From Octopus vulgaris (Eukaryota), in NCBI GenBank assembly GCA_951406725.2, contig OX597831.1:9796001-9860000 (forward strand): 64,000 nt of DNA, written 5' to 3'. The translations under genes were made by a program, and so were the position numbers. This document shows positions 51,561-64,000 of the stretch, one piece after another (within the stretch, counting starts at the first letter, position 1; the number at the start of each line of letters is the position of its first letter). The notes beneath the pieces are model-generated. The model made no database searches and was not told the origin of the DNA. It saw only the letters and a program-made list of their open reading frames with translations.

Positions 51561-52911
51561 TTCGACAAACTGAAAAAAAAAAAAAAAAAAATTCCCAAAA
51601 AACAGAAAATGGGTTGCGGTGAGAGTGGAGCGATCAGACGTCTGTACGATAGAAGGAATGAAAAGAAAGAAAGTGGTAAAAAATAGGAAGTTTCATTGCC
51701 CAAGTCGTCCAGATAATGAGAAAATGAAACAATGAAAGTTATACTGAAGTAATGTCAATCAGAGTTCTCACAACAACTCGTCTTTATTATGAGTTAATAT
51801 CTGGTATTCTAGAATAATGTCTAAAACAGCACAGCATACATATTGATAAAATGTCAAAAAGGTTTGATTAATGAGTTTATCGCCAGTTAGTGCTGACATA
51901 TAAATAAATACTATATACTTCTACATCGAGTATATTTTGTTTCGTTCCCATCACATGTCATATTTCTTCATCTAAACTATAGTAGACTAATTCATTTATT
52001 TATTTATTCACGAGCTAGGAATAGCCTAGGGCAGAAGTTCGGAACCTGTTCGAGTTTAGTTCACAGTATTGGAATTACGCTAGTACGTCCCTTATTATTT
52101 ATAATATTCAATAAAACGGTGAGCGGGCAGAATCGTTAAAGTTCCAGACAAGAGGCTTAGCTGGATCTCTTTAAACTCTTTAGGTAATGAATTCAAATGC
52201 CACAAAGATGGAATTTAGCTCTCATCTTTTCGGGGATTGAGTAATAGACCTGTAAGCGACATCGCTTTCTCATCAAAACAGTGATATATCTTCGAAACTT
52301 CGAAAGAATTATTTATGCCATTCAATGTAAAGAGAAAAATAAAGGAGCGAATCATCTTAAGAAAAATACGTGTAGTATTTTCCCTTCTTTTATCGTAAGA
52401 CACACAGTTTTGTACCTCTACAAACAGAAGAAGAATAATGGATATGTACACGCACTGAAAAAAAAATACCGGGAGTATAAAATGAGACAACAACGCATAC
52501 CAATTCGACATTTAATATCCTTGAAAGTAGTCCCCTCCTTAAACCACACAATTTATCCATCGATTGAAGCATTCCTGGAACTTATTTTGTAACGTAGAGA
52601 GCAACTGCCTGGTTGGATTTTTTCTGATTTCCTCAACGTCCTAAAATCATGTTGATACTGATTCTCTCCTTAGGTTTCACTGATAGAAGCTCTGTGATAT
52701 GGTGAGAGGACCGTACTCAACACACTTTATTCCCGAGCACTTCTATAAACAACAGAAGAGAGCAAGTACATTATAACTTACTGTGTTTACGTAACGGTGA
52801 TGAATATCAGTCTGTGCCAGGTAGCTTCATTCTGAATACTTTAGCTCCGCTACCATACATACACACACATATATTATATATACATACAACATATGTATAT
52901 ATCTATCTATC

Positions 52912-53003
<92 letters not shown>

Positions 53004-53746
53004 CATATGTATGGTAGTGTTTGTACTTGAACGAATATGATATCTGTCATAGAGAAAAATGGACGTCAAATATTAAGCAGATTGTAAAAGAAATAACATA
53101 TAATTTATTTAAAAGATTTATTAACAAAAAAAAACGAAAATAATAAAGAAAACATTATAAAAAGGCAACCTCAATTAGAAACTTAAAAATTGTTTTCTTC
53201 ACTTTTCTAATTGTATGTTTTGTAAAAGAATTATATCTTAATGGATGAAAATGGATGGAATAGTTCTTATTTTTTCGCTGTCAAATTTAGTATTTCTATT
53301 GAGCACAATTACAGAACTAAATCATTCTCTCAATGTTTATAACAATAAACTAATCATAGATAAATCAAATGTATATATTCTACTCTGATTTCCTTCAGGT
53401 TGTATTTTTTTTTCTCATTTCCTTTCATTCCCCAATATACATAGAAATTGATGTGTAATAATAATATAATAATTCCATTTTTCTTCTGTCAATCTTTGAC
53501 CTACATGATAAATCTTCAGAATAATTCGGAAATCTTGGAAATTCACAACGTACACATAGAAACACACACACATACAGACACACGTAAACACGCGCGCATA
53601 CAACCACCCACACGCGGTATGGATGTCTGGCAACACATTGGTTTCCTAACTACATGGTATTGGGTTCAGTCGTACTGTCTTTTACTATAACCTTGGTCGA
53701 ACCAAAGACTTCTGAGTGGATTTGGTACACGGAAATAGAAAGAGCC

Positions 53747-53805
<59 letters not shown>

Positions 53806-55249
53806 TAGGTGGGGTATCCAGTAAGTCCTAGGGATAAAGATGTTCTATTGAAAGGCCTTATTACTTTGATGTAAGAAAGCAATTTCGCTATAATTGCCAT
53901 AAAAGGTGAATTTTCCGTCACGAAAAAGTACAAAAACTGTCGGCTGGAGGAGGGAGAGAGTGTTGGAAGTTGGATTTTCTCAGGTACATTGCCAGTATCT
54001 CTAAGGTGAAAATGGAAAATACGAAACCAAAATTCTGATGTAGTATCATACTGGTAGAAATACATGACACATAAGAGAAAATTCCTGCTTAAATGAACTT
54101 AAATTTCCACGAAATTATACCATAATTTCATATTGTATTGTTTGAAAAATATTCTATGGAGAAAAAAAAAAAAACAAACAAATTTAATAAGTGCAAAGAA
54201 ATTTTGAATAAAGAGAAAGAAATGCTAATTATGTTTTGAATTGAAAAATTAATCTAAAGTGAGGATATCACGTTTAGAAATTATGAACTGAACATAAAGA
54301 AGAAACTTTAATTACGAATATGAAATCCATCTAAAATGCATCAGATTTCTATAAAACAGTAAATGAAATTTTAGAATTATTATCTTCAATATTTCAGATA
54401 AGAGATTCACACACACACACACATGAGTATATATATATAATAAACAAATAAAACATATGTATGTGTGTGCGTGAATGTGTGTGTGAATGTGTGTATGTGT
54501 ATTTGTGTGATTATACGCATTGGAATTAAATCGTTAAATGAGGCTTTATTCTTTAATTCGGTGTTTTAACGAGTCATTGTTTGACATTGATCATAATTTT
54601 AATCTATCACGGAATTGTCTCCGAAAGGTTTCGAACTTTTCTTAGGAGAATCTTGAAACTGCATAAATGTTCGATTAAATTGATATTTGGTGATATTTGG
54701 TGATTGTGGAGAGGGAAACAATCAAAGAGGTTTATTTCGTTTTTGTCTGCAACATATTTATAATTTCAATATTATAAGTAAAATAGATGGACACATAAGG
54801 ACTCTGGAAGTTAGCAATACAACCAGATACCAATGTTGTTCTTTAGGATCGATTTGATCAGCCGAGATACTCAGAAATAATTTGGTATTTAGGCTTTCGC
54901 CAATAACGACCAACTAAAGAGCCAAGGGAATTCCGGGACACGGCTGCTCCAACATCACAGAGCCACCAACAGACTTTAAATTCGGGTGTCAAACAGTCAA
55001 AGTTGAAAGCTTCGAGCGGTCTATAATCTCCTTTCAAATCGGAGCAATAGTAAGATCCACCAAAGAAGATGATCTAGTATTGAACCAATAAACCAATTCT
55101 GAGAGTTTACACATAATTTTTGCTATTCAACAGGATAGATTAGATTTAGGACAGGATAGGATAGATTACATTTAGCAATTTCAGAAATGTCATACTGTCC
55201 TGCGTTCTAGAGCTCAGGATGGTCAGTTTTGTTAAAAATATAATATTAG

Positions 55250-55345
55250 GCAGGGAATGATAGTTATGCTCTGTTGTTATTTTTGATGCTGTATACCGAT
55301 GGCTCTTAGACACAAAACCTCCTAATATTTTGCGCTTATCGACCA
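55250..55345 (-). mobile_element. Tc1-like transposase fragment
   Basis: DKRKILGGFVSKSHRYTASKITTEHN resembles the Tc1 N-terminal segment (DRRxLxRIVxKNxRTTAxKIxAELN). Confidence 0.35.
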
Positions 55346-55593
55346 TATATATATATAATCCGAGGTTTACAGTATTATATGTATATTCAAACTTAAAAAT
55401 CAGTTTTCCGTTAGGGATTCAACAGAATGTTAGGCGGCCGCAATGGATATATAATATAGTATACTTGGGGTTATATAGCCACTCTATTTACATATATACA
55501 AGTGCATGTTTCTCCTGAGTTATGGACTCTTAGACGACTTATATATATATATATATATATATATGTGTATGTATGTATGTATGTATGATGCTT

Positions 55594-55857
55594 TCTCCCG
55601 TTGATGACGACGTACGAGCGTTCAGCTTGCTGAATGACCTGCGCAAATGATTTGCGTATTGTGATCAAATGTTTGAGCCGCCAGATCGATTTTTGTTTGA
55701 TTATATGCACTGTGTATCACGTGTGAGGTGTCGTAATGATCGCAGAGCAATATGAGATGTAGTGCTTCGTTGAAGAACTCAGTGCACCACCAGCTCTAGG
55801 AATTGAAACTGGGATCTCGCATACAACACCATAACCACTAAGCCATGCGCCCTCACT
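55594..55857 (-). mobile_element. tRNA-headed SINE family D
   Basis: Minus strand: gagggcgcatggcttagtggtta (A box) ... gtttcaattcc (B box) ... gttcttcaacgaagcact (CORE-like). Confidence 0.55.
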
Positions 55858-58761
55858 ATATATATGTATGTGTGTGTATGTGTGTACATAGGGTTCAGTA
55901 AACTTACATGATGGGTGTTGGAAACCTTGGTGAATATTAAATATTGAACTTTGGTAGACGAAGATTTTGTCTATTAATAGGTTATATAACAAATGTGCCA
56001 CATGTTCTTGATATTTGTTACTAGCATCACTGTTAATTAAATTAATCACAGTTAGCCCTTGTTTTTATAAAGGCAGCCGTCACCCGTGTGAGCGTATCGC
56101 TTCGTATTGTAGGCCATGATTTCACGAATTGTTATAGCTAAATATGTGGTCACGAGGAAACACGCGAGAGCCTCATTCTTTAATCTTGTATAACGTGAAA
56201 GGATGACAACTGGAGGAGAAGAATGCGAGAAAACAAGCTGCACTAGTCCTCAGTTCATAATCATTTAAAAGTGAGTAGATAGCTGAAAAATGTTAAGGAA
56301 AATCCTACTCGAGAAATGATGCCGCAGTCTATTTAAGAATTGAACCCTCGACGTTATGAACTAGAATCAAATGCCCTTACGTCTAGGCTCCATGCTACTT
56401 TTGATTATGATGGGTTTCGTTAACCTGACCAAAAAGATTTTCATTGCTATCATTATTAAGCTTGGAATGCCATGTTCAAGTGCAATTTTTATAATCTGTA
56501 ATTTTCACAATTACAGTAGATACTTCTGTACTGTAGTACTTGAATCTCAATGTTTTAGATACTGAAACATCTAGGGGAATATATGTCTCCTACTTGTATA
56601 GATAATCACATTTTGTCGCAAGTTTCCAACTCTGTATGATACATATGACAGACCGTGCGGTGTTAATTTTATGTCTCTCTCACCTTGATCTACATAACTG
56701 AACAAACACAACTCTCATGACATATGCAATCTCAGTAAATGTTCAAATGATCAACATTTAATGTGACAGACAGTTTCATTTCACAGGCTTCCATTTATAG
56801 GTGTGGGCGTCTGTGTGTGTGTGCATGTGTGTGTCAGTGTGTATGTGCGTGATAGTCAAAGAGAAAACGCTGGTGTTATTTGTTTGTCGAAATATATTTT
56901 CTAGTAAAATATTTATGGAAACAAGCTGAACATTATAAACACAGGAGTCTCAATACTGTCTTTCGAACTGTTAGAAGCATTAACCTGACTTTCTTTCAAA
57001 CACAGCAGATCATCTAAAATAAACTGATACGGTGTGATTTAAGGTTTTATTATCTAGAATTGTATTAGCTAATCTAAGCCTGAATAAAATACAGATGGTC
57101 ATCCCAGGAACCGTTTTGGTGTTGGTTCACTAAGTCAGGCATTTTCTGCTACTAACGAACAACATTAAAGGCAACAAAAATGGTCGATACTTTTACTTTC
57201 GAAAATTGTCCTTTCGAGAGATATGTTTTGTTCCGTTGTTGCGCGTGGCAATCAAGATACAAAAATTCTATACTAGCTAACCTGTCATTTTAGAGTAAGG
57301 GAAGACATCACACAGGCAATCGATAGATATGAGTTTGTTTTACGTAATCAGTTTAATCAGAACTCGCGAAACCATACACTCCACGAAATGATTCGTTTAA
57401 ATAGAAGAGGTATTGTATAGTGAAATGGGTAGAGACCATGGTCTACATGGTCTCATGCCATTGATTATGTTTAGTTCAAGTGTAGCTTATTCAAAGCCTA
57501 TGTATTAGAGAAATGCTCTCTAATTTGTTATTTAACCTAGGTCCGTCCCAATCGCACAAGTCCATGCTGAAATATGCCTCTCCCATGGCAAACTCATCGC
57601 TATCCTTCAGTATTTTCAGGTATTATGGTATTAAAGCAAATTTATATTTTCATTTCTAGCAGGTTGAATGGTCACGATGAGGTTCCTGCAGTGTTTCAAC
57701 TTGTCATGAATAGTATGATATAGAAGCGAGAAGATCAAAAGATACTTTTAAATTATTGCCAATAAATATAAACAGTGAGATCATTGACAAAGAAAGCTTT
57801 AATAAAATTTATGGTTTTCATTTGAGGCTGCTTCGTCGTTTGTCTAAGTAATTTTTCTTCCTGTCAGCTATGCAAATTTCTTACGCTATTTAGTTTAATA
57901 TATTTTACACATAGTATATGATCGTATGATCATTATTCCGACAAAGTTCGGTCAAGTGTCTGCTTGCTGAGGAGATGCAATGAAACGAAAACTAGTCCTG
58001 AGTTGTCTGCTGTTATTGCTGGACAAATCAAAACAATATTAGTCATTGACGAGTATTTTCCCTTCTCAGAAACATAGTTTACTAAAAGCTTAGTAATGAC
58101 CATTGCATTATAAAATATTTCACATTAATTTCGTATTTTTTACAAAGTTATATTTTCTTTATATTTGGACACGGGAAAAGAGAATAAAAATATTTTGTTG
58201 TTTTTACCAAATGTGTTTTAACTAAAATTGATTGTAGGAAAGTCTAGACATCATTGTCGTGAATGAATCCCAAGTGAATCTAAAGAACAACTCATCAGAC
58301 AATGAATTAGAATATTCATGAATAATGAATATAAATGATTTAATTTTAATATCATAAGTATAATAAGTGGTGAAAAAAAGGATACATCGTTACATAATGG
58401 CAAATTTCATACAGAGAGATTAATAACTTTTCTTGCTACCGTTTAACCGCAGGGTACAAATTTTTTATTGGATAAGCTGCAATTCAAAACTTTCTAACAA
58501 TGACCATTTTCGTTTCACCATAATTATTTTTATCAACATATTTATTAACTTGACTTTAAGAAGGGAGGATATTATTTGTGAGATGTTAGAGACCCTATTT
58601 CTCTCAGATCCAAAGATCGATTACAATGCGAGGTGGTTCATATGTCGTTTTTCTTTCATTTCGGATGGTGGGTTTCTCGATGTTGCTTTTATGCATCTCT
58701 ACTGAGCACCTGCAGTCCTGCTGAGCATTCCGAATCTTCTGAGACCAATCCGTATGTTTTA

Positions 58762-58882
58762 TCTTTGTTTTACTCTTTTACTTGTTTCAGTCATTTGACT
58801 GTGGCCATGCTGGAGCACTGCCTTTAGTCGACCAAATCGACCCCAGGACTTATTCATTGTAAGTCTAGTACTTATTCTATCT
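58762..58882 (-). mobile_element. SINE family A 3' end
   Basis: ctcttttacttgtttcagtcatttgactgtggccatgctggagcactgcctttagtcg. Confidence 0.85.
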
Positions 58883-58904
58883 GTGTTTGATACTTTATGG
58901 GAGA

Positions 58905-59080
58905 ATGGCTAGACTATTACATCGCTCCTAGGTTTCAACTGAAACTAATTTCATAGAACCCAAAAGGATGAAAGGTAAAACTGACTTCAGCAGAATTTCA
59001 ACTGAATGAGTAAAGCCAGAAAAAATGCAGCGAAGCAATTTGTCCAACATGGCAAATATTCAGTGAGTTTGCCGCTCTAA
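58905..59080 (-). mobile_element. SINE family B, degenerate
   Basis: aaaggatgaaaggtaaaactgacttcagcagaattt..gagtttgccgc. Confidence 0.6.
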
Positions 59081-59105
59081 ATAAGAATTATAATACTGTC
59101 TTTGT

Positions 59106-59397
59106 GGAGGCGCACTGATCCAGTGGTTAGGGCATCGTACTCGCGGTCGGAGGATCGCGGTTTTGATTCCCAGACCAGGCGTTGTGTGTGTTTATTGAGC
59201 GGAAACACCTAAAAGCTCCACGAGGCTTCGGCAGGGGGTGGTGGCGACCCATGCTGTACTCTTGCGCCCCAACTTACTGTTTCTTGGGTAACGCTGCGAT
59301 TGACTGGCGACCCGTCCAGCTGGGGCGAATACATAGGCCACAGAAACCAGGAAACCGGGCCCATGAGCCTGGCTCGGCTAGAAAACGGCGCATAAAT
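59106..59397 (+). mobile_element. SINE family C, full length with tRNA-like head
   Basis: ggaggcgcactgatccagtggttaggg (A box) ... ggttttgattccc (B box); 3' gcgattgactggcgacccgtccag..gaaaccgggcccatgagcc; A-rich tail. Confidence 0.8.
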
Positions 59398-60173
59398 ATA
59401 AATAAAATATAAAAAATATTGTTTTTAAATTTTGACATTGGGACATCAATTTCGGAGAAGGGTTGAGTCGATTACATCGATGCAAGTGCTCGTCGCTCTG
59501 AATAATAATTACAATATTAACAAAGACTAAGTGAAGAATAAATTTCGAGCCCCAAAATCATTGAATTTCTTCTTAATCGATGAAAATAGTAAGAGAAGAT
59601 CAATACGATATCTAAACATGGAAACGAAACTGAATTGTTAACATAGCTTTCAAACAAATTTCCAATCCAAAGAGTAATTGACACAAGTTAAAAAAAACAC
59701 ACTATATAAACAGTGCATATGAGAGTGTTTTTGATTGTAAACAGAATGCCTTTCGATAAAAATAGTAAAATTGAAAATAGTTTTACGGGAAATAGTGTAA
59801 CTGAAAATATTATTGCTTTCTCTAAATATATCTACAATATGCGAAATTTATTTTATCTGAAAATATTGCCTGCGAAACTATAATTTGCAAACGAGATAGA
59901 GGTAACGAATTACAACAGTCTCTTCTGAATCATATCTAATTTCCTCAGTAATAAATAGGTATGGTATTTTGCACTCACACACACACGTTCACACACACAC
60001 GTGCACACACACACGTGCACATATACAAAAAAAACAGACATACAAACTCATACACACGCACACACACACACATATATATATACATATAATATACAATCAT
60101 GCATACATATATATGTATACACACTGAAACATATATACATACATACGTGTATATATATATATATATATCTATA

Positions 60174-60221
<48 letters not shown>

Positions 60222-60447
60222 TAAATGGATATGTGCGCATGAAAGCAGATATATGAACGTCTGAATGTATGCATATTATAAATAGGCATACATATGTGTA
60301 TGTGTGGGTATGTATGTATATATGCATTTTTAAGTATTTATATGTTTGTATATGTATATGTGTGTGTGTGAGTGTACGTATATATCTATCTATACTGTGT
60401 ATATACATATACATATATTGTATATTGATACACACACACACACACAC

Positions 60448-60491
<44 letters not shown>

Positions 60492-61392
60492 GTATATATA
60501 TACTGTACATACCTGTATATGTGCAATGGTGTATAGGTGCGATGCCATTTCAGTGCATGTGTCGTTTGACACAATTTTGAAATGTATTGCTAACATTTAA
60601 TGTGAAACTTCCTCTAAAAGTAAACAGATTCTGTATTTGTGTTTTGAAACGTTTAACTGTTTTATATTAATTCTCATTTTTGCGTTTTTTATTTATTTGA
60701 ACATCGGAAATTGAATTAATAATTCAGTATTACGTCAACTTTGTAGTTCTGTCTGAATGGTTGTGAAAGTGTTAGGGTTAGGAGGCAGCACACTTCAGGT
60801 AACAAGTGCAGTAATATGAACAACTGTGAAAGTTATATGGCGTACGTTGCAAAGTATTAATATGCAAACTCCACGGTGACCGTATTCCTTTTTCTAGCAT
60901 CCTGTTTGACAAAAAACAGATGTAAGCATCCTGTATTGACAAAAAATCCTGCATTCCAATTAAAGAGTATAAAATCCACAGAATTGTCTCCCCTTATTCA
61001 CAGGAACTGGATAACACCTACCCCATTTCCTGTTTTGACACATAAACATCCAACCTTCTCAAACAAAACACTACACCAAAACATATGCATTTTAATCCTC
61101 CAAAGAGAATTTTCCATGGAATAATATTGAAATTTAAAAGCATAAAGACACTACAATGTATTGGTATACTTATTTATTGATTCTTGTATATATTTATTAT
61201 TTTTGGAAAAAAACATTGTAAATTTCTATTTTCCCCCTTCCTCAATTTAAAAATAAAATTTTTCCCCCTTTCAAATCTTGAAAATTTGCCTTGCAATGAA
61301 AGCCTTTTTGATTTCTTTTTTAATTTTTCATACACCCATTTTTATTAAAATTTGCTTTCAATTTAGAATTCTGCCTTATTATTATTTCCTCT

Positions 61393-61474
<82 letters not shown>

Positions 61475-61858
61475 CATTTATGTATGCATTTATGTATGCA
61501 TGTGTTTGTGTCATTGTGCTTGACCCAATACCAGTTGGCATTCGGGGAGGGCTTGTTTCTATTTTAGTCACTTAGCAGTTCGACAAATTGAAATTTATAG
61601 ATTAAGCACAAGAATTTAAAAATATGTATACAAAACGATTTGTTCTTTTCCAGGTTGTGCCCAGACATGGCTGCTGCTCGATGACTTAGTGAAATATGAG
61701 CAATAAATAAAATACTACACTCTACTTTATACAGCAATGAATATCAGAAGCTTCAATGTGGGTCTATATTTGAAAAAGTCACATTCTATGGAGTGTATTT
61801 GTGAATTCTTTGTAGATGTTCCATCGATTACCATCCTCATTCAATAAATCCGATTGCT

Positions 61859-62271
61859 AAGGCGGTGAGCTGGCAGAAACGTTAGTACGCTGGACGGTAT
61901 TTCGTCTCTCTTTACGTTCTGAGTTCAAATCCGGCCGAGGTTGACTTTGCTTTTCATTCTTTCGGGGTCGATAAATTTAATACCAGTTACGCACTGATGT
62001 AATCAACTTAATTCCTTTTTCTGTCCTTGTGTGTCCCCTCTATGTTTAGCCCCTTGTGGGCAGTAAAGAAATAAGAAACGTTAGCATGCCGGGCAAAATG
62101 CTTAATGGTATTTCATCTGTCTTTACGTTCTGAGTTCAAATTCTGCCGAGGTCGACTTTGCCTTTCATCCTTTCGCAGTCGATAAATTTTGTACTAGGAT
62201 CGTACTAGTGCTGATCTAATAGACTGGCCCCCTCCCCCCAAATTTCGAGCCTTGTTCTTGGAGTAAAAAAG
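61859..62271 (+). mobile_element. SINE family B, full dimer-like copy with imperfect 16-bp target-site duplication
   Basis: aataaatccgattgct (61843-61858) vs aataaatccacttgct (62272-62287); block gaaacgttag..gttctgagttcaaat..gtcgataaattt present twice. Confidence 0.9.
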
Positions 62272-62660
62272 AATAAATCCACTTGCTGATGGCTCGTATA
62301 AATTAAGACTATAACAATCTCCATATTCTAAAATTTTCATTTTAGCCTCCATCATATTCCATCATGTTATCGATGCAAATCGTTATGAAATATGAACGAA
62401 CATTAAACTTATGTTTTGCCGTGTGGTGTGAAGTATCTCACTGCAGTAAAAATAATCCATTATAAATATAATTACAAAAAAACAATTTCTTTCTTTTTAA
62501 TTGATATTGTTGTTTAATTTTAATCAAATATGCACTAAAAGATGTTTAAAATCTTTCGCACTTCAAACACACAACAAACCAAACATATTGTCTCGCCCAC
62601 CCTTTTGTATAATTATGTGCCAGCAATCTTCAACCACTTAAAAAATGTAAATATAAATAA

Positions 62661-63047
62661 CTAGCAGTATCGCCCGGCGTTGCACAGGTTTGTAAGGGAA
62701 ATAACAATAAAGCATTTTTAGAGAGTTATAGCCAAAAAATAGCAAAAAAATGGAAAAAAATTATGGTAAATTTTTTTTTGATAGTTAAAAAAGGTGGAGT
62801 TGCGTCCCCTACACAATTTGTGGTTTGTGTTCCTGATTCTCGACCCCATGTCGAATTTATCGATTTTTTTCAGAACTGGGGGAACTTTTCAAAATTTTCG
62901 CTGCGTTAGTTTTGAATTATGACATTGGGCTATGTGTGTGTGTCAAGTTTCATCAGAATCGGTTGAAAGCCGTGGTCAGGGTGAGGGTACGAGAAAACAG
63001 ACACACAGAAACACGCACGGACAAACTGCCGTTTATATAGAGAGAGA
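62661..63047 (-). mobile_element. Non-autonomous Helitron
   Basis: Minus strand: A|TCtctctctatataaacggcag ... cctgtgcaacgccgggcgatactgCTAG|T. 5' TC, subterminal GC-rich hairpin-like stretch, 3' CTAG, A/T insertion site, no target-site duplication. Confidence 0.85.
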
Positions 63048-63076
63048 TAACTTACTAAAATGTATAACTCTGACTC

Positions 63077-63124
<48 letters not shown>

Positions 63125-63671
63125 TTACATATGATAAAACACAATTTGTTTTCTGTCGATCGGGCTAGAGGGAAAGGAGAACAAAAGAGAAGAAATCGAC
63201 GCATGGAGTGGGAGTGGGCAACAATCACAGAAGCTGAAGCAGATGAAGGTAGGCAGTCTCCGAAGATGCTCATATTTTAATCAAAATAAAACTGCAATTA
63301 TTTATCATAAATTGTATTTACGTTACCAGTTTCTCCCTCTATCTCTACCCCTCTCTCTCTCTCACACCCACACAAGCTGAAAAACATACACACACACATA
63401 CACACTCACAAATATATATAAAACTGAATATTAAAGGTATTTGTTTTCAAAATATTACCGTTAACAATGTTATGCGAGCGATAATTTATATATATATATA
63501 TATATATATATAGATAGATAGATAGATAGATAGAAAGATAGATAGATTAGTACGCACACACACACGCACAAACATATATATATTAGGGACTTTGCAGCCT
63601 TTGAAACATATGTAGAGAATAATAAAAAGGAATTTTGTTAAATCTTCGTTCAGCTCCATTTCTTCCTACAC

Positions 63672-63762
<91 letters not shown>

Positions 63763-64000
63763 GTATGCATATGCATATATACTCATATATATATATATAT
63801 GTATATATACGGAGAGAGGGACTGTTGGGAGTGGGATTCGTGTGTTCCTGTGTAGGTATATATACACACATATTATGTGAGTGATAGTTTCAACCCTGAC
63901 GTTTTAATAGTGTATGATTCTTCAAGTGCTTCAGTTCGTCGTTTGTACATATATTTAGGAGATTGATGACATTTATTGAATGTTCTCATTATTGTGTTTT

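Overview
Eukaryotic, very AT-rich, repeat-dense non-coding DNA (intron or intergenic). The SINE families and (TA)n/(CA)n/(TATG)n density match what I recall of Octopus-type cephalopod genomes; this is inference, not verified. I found no intact host protein-coding gene, and most ORFs in the track are microsatellite artefacts. Recognisable content: many copies of at least four tRNA-headed SINE families; a decayed full-length mariner transposase (20.25-21.23 kb); three R4/Dong-type LINE fragments; RTE and CR1-like LINE 3' ends; a non-autonomous Helitron; two Tc1/mariner-type MITEs; and a 5S rRNA-derived pseudogene. The most striking signal is a set of short, often palindromic inserts, many in or beside microsatellites, that carry minimal type I hammerhead ribozyme (HHR) architecture typical of Penelope-like element pLTRs. 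One is a structurally complete HHR at 49394-49444 (-); about ten others are degenerate or variant-core versions. Coordinates of decayed repeats were read by eye and are approximate.
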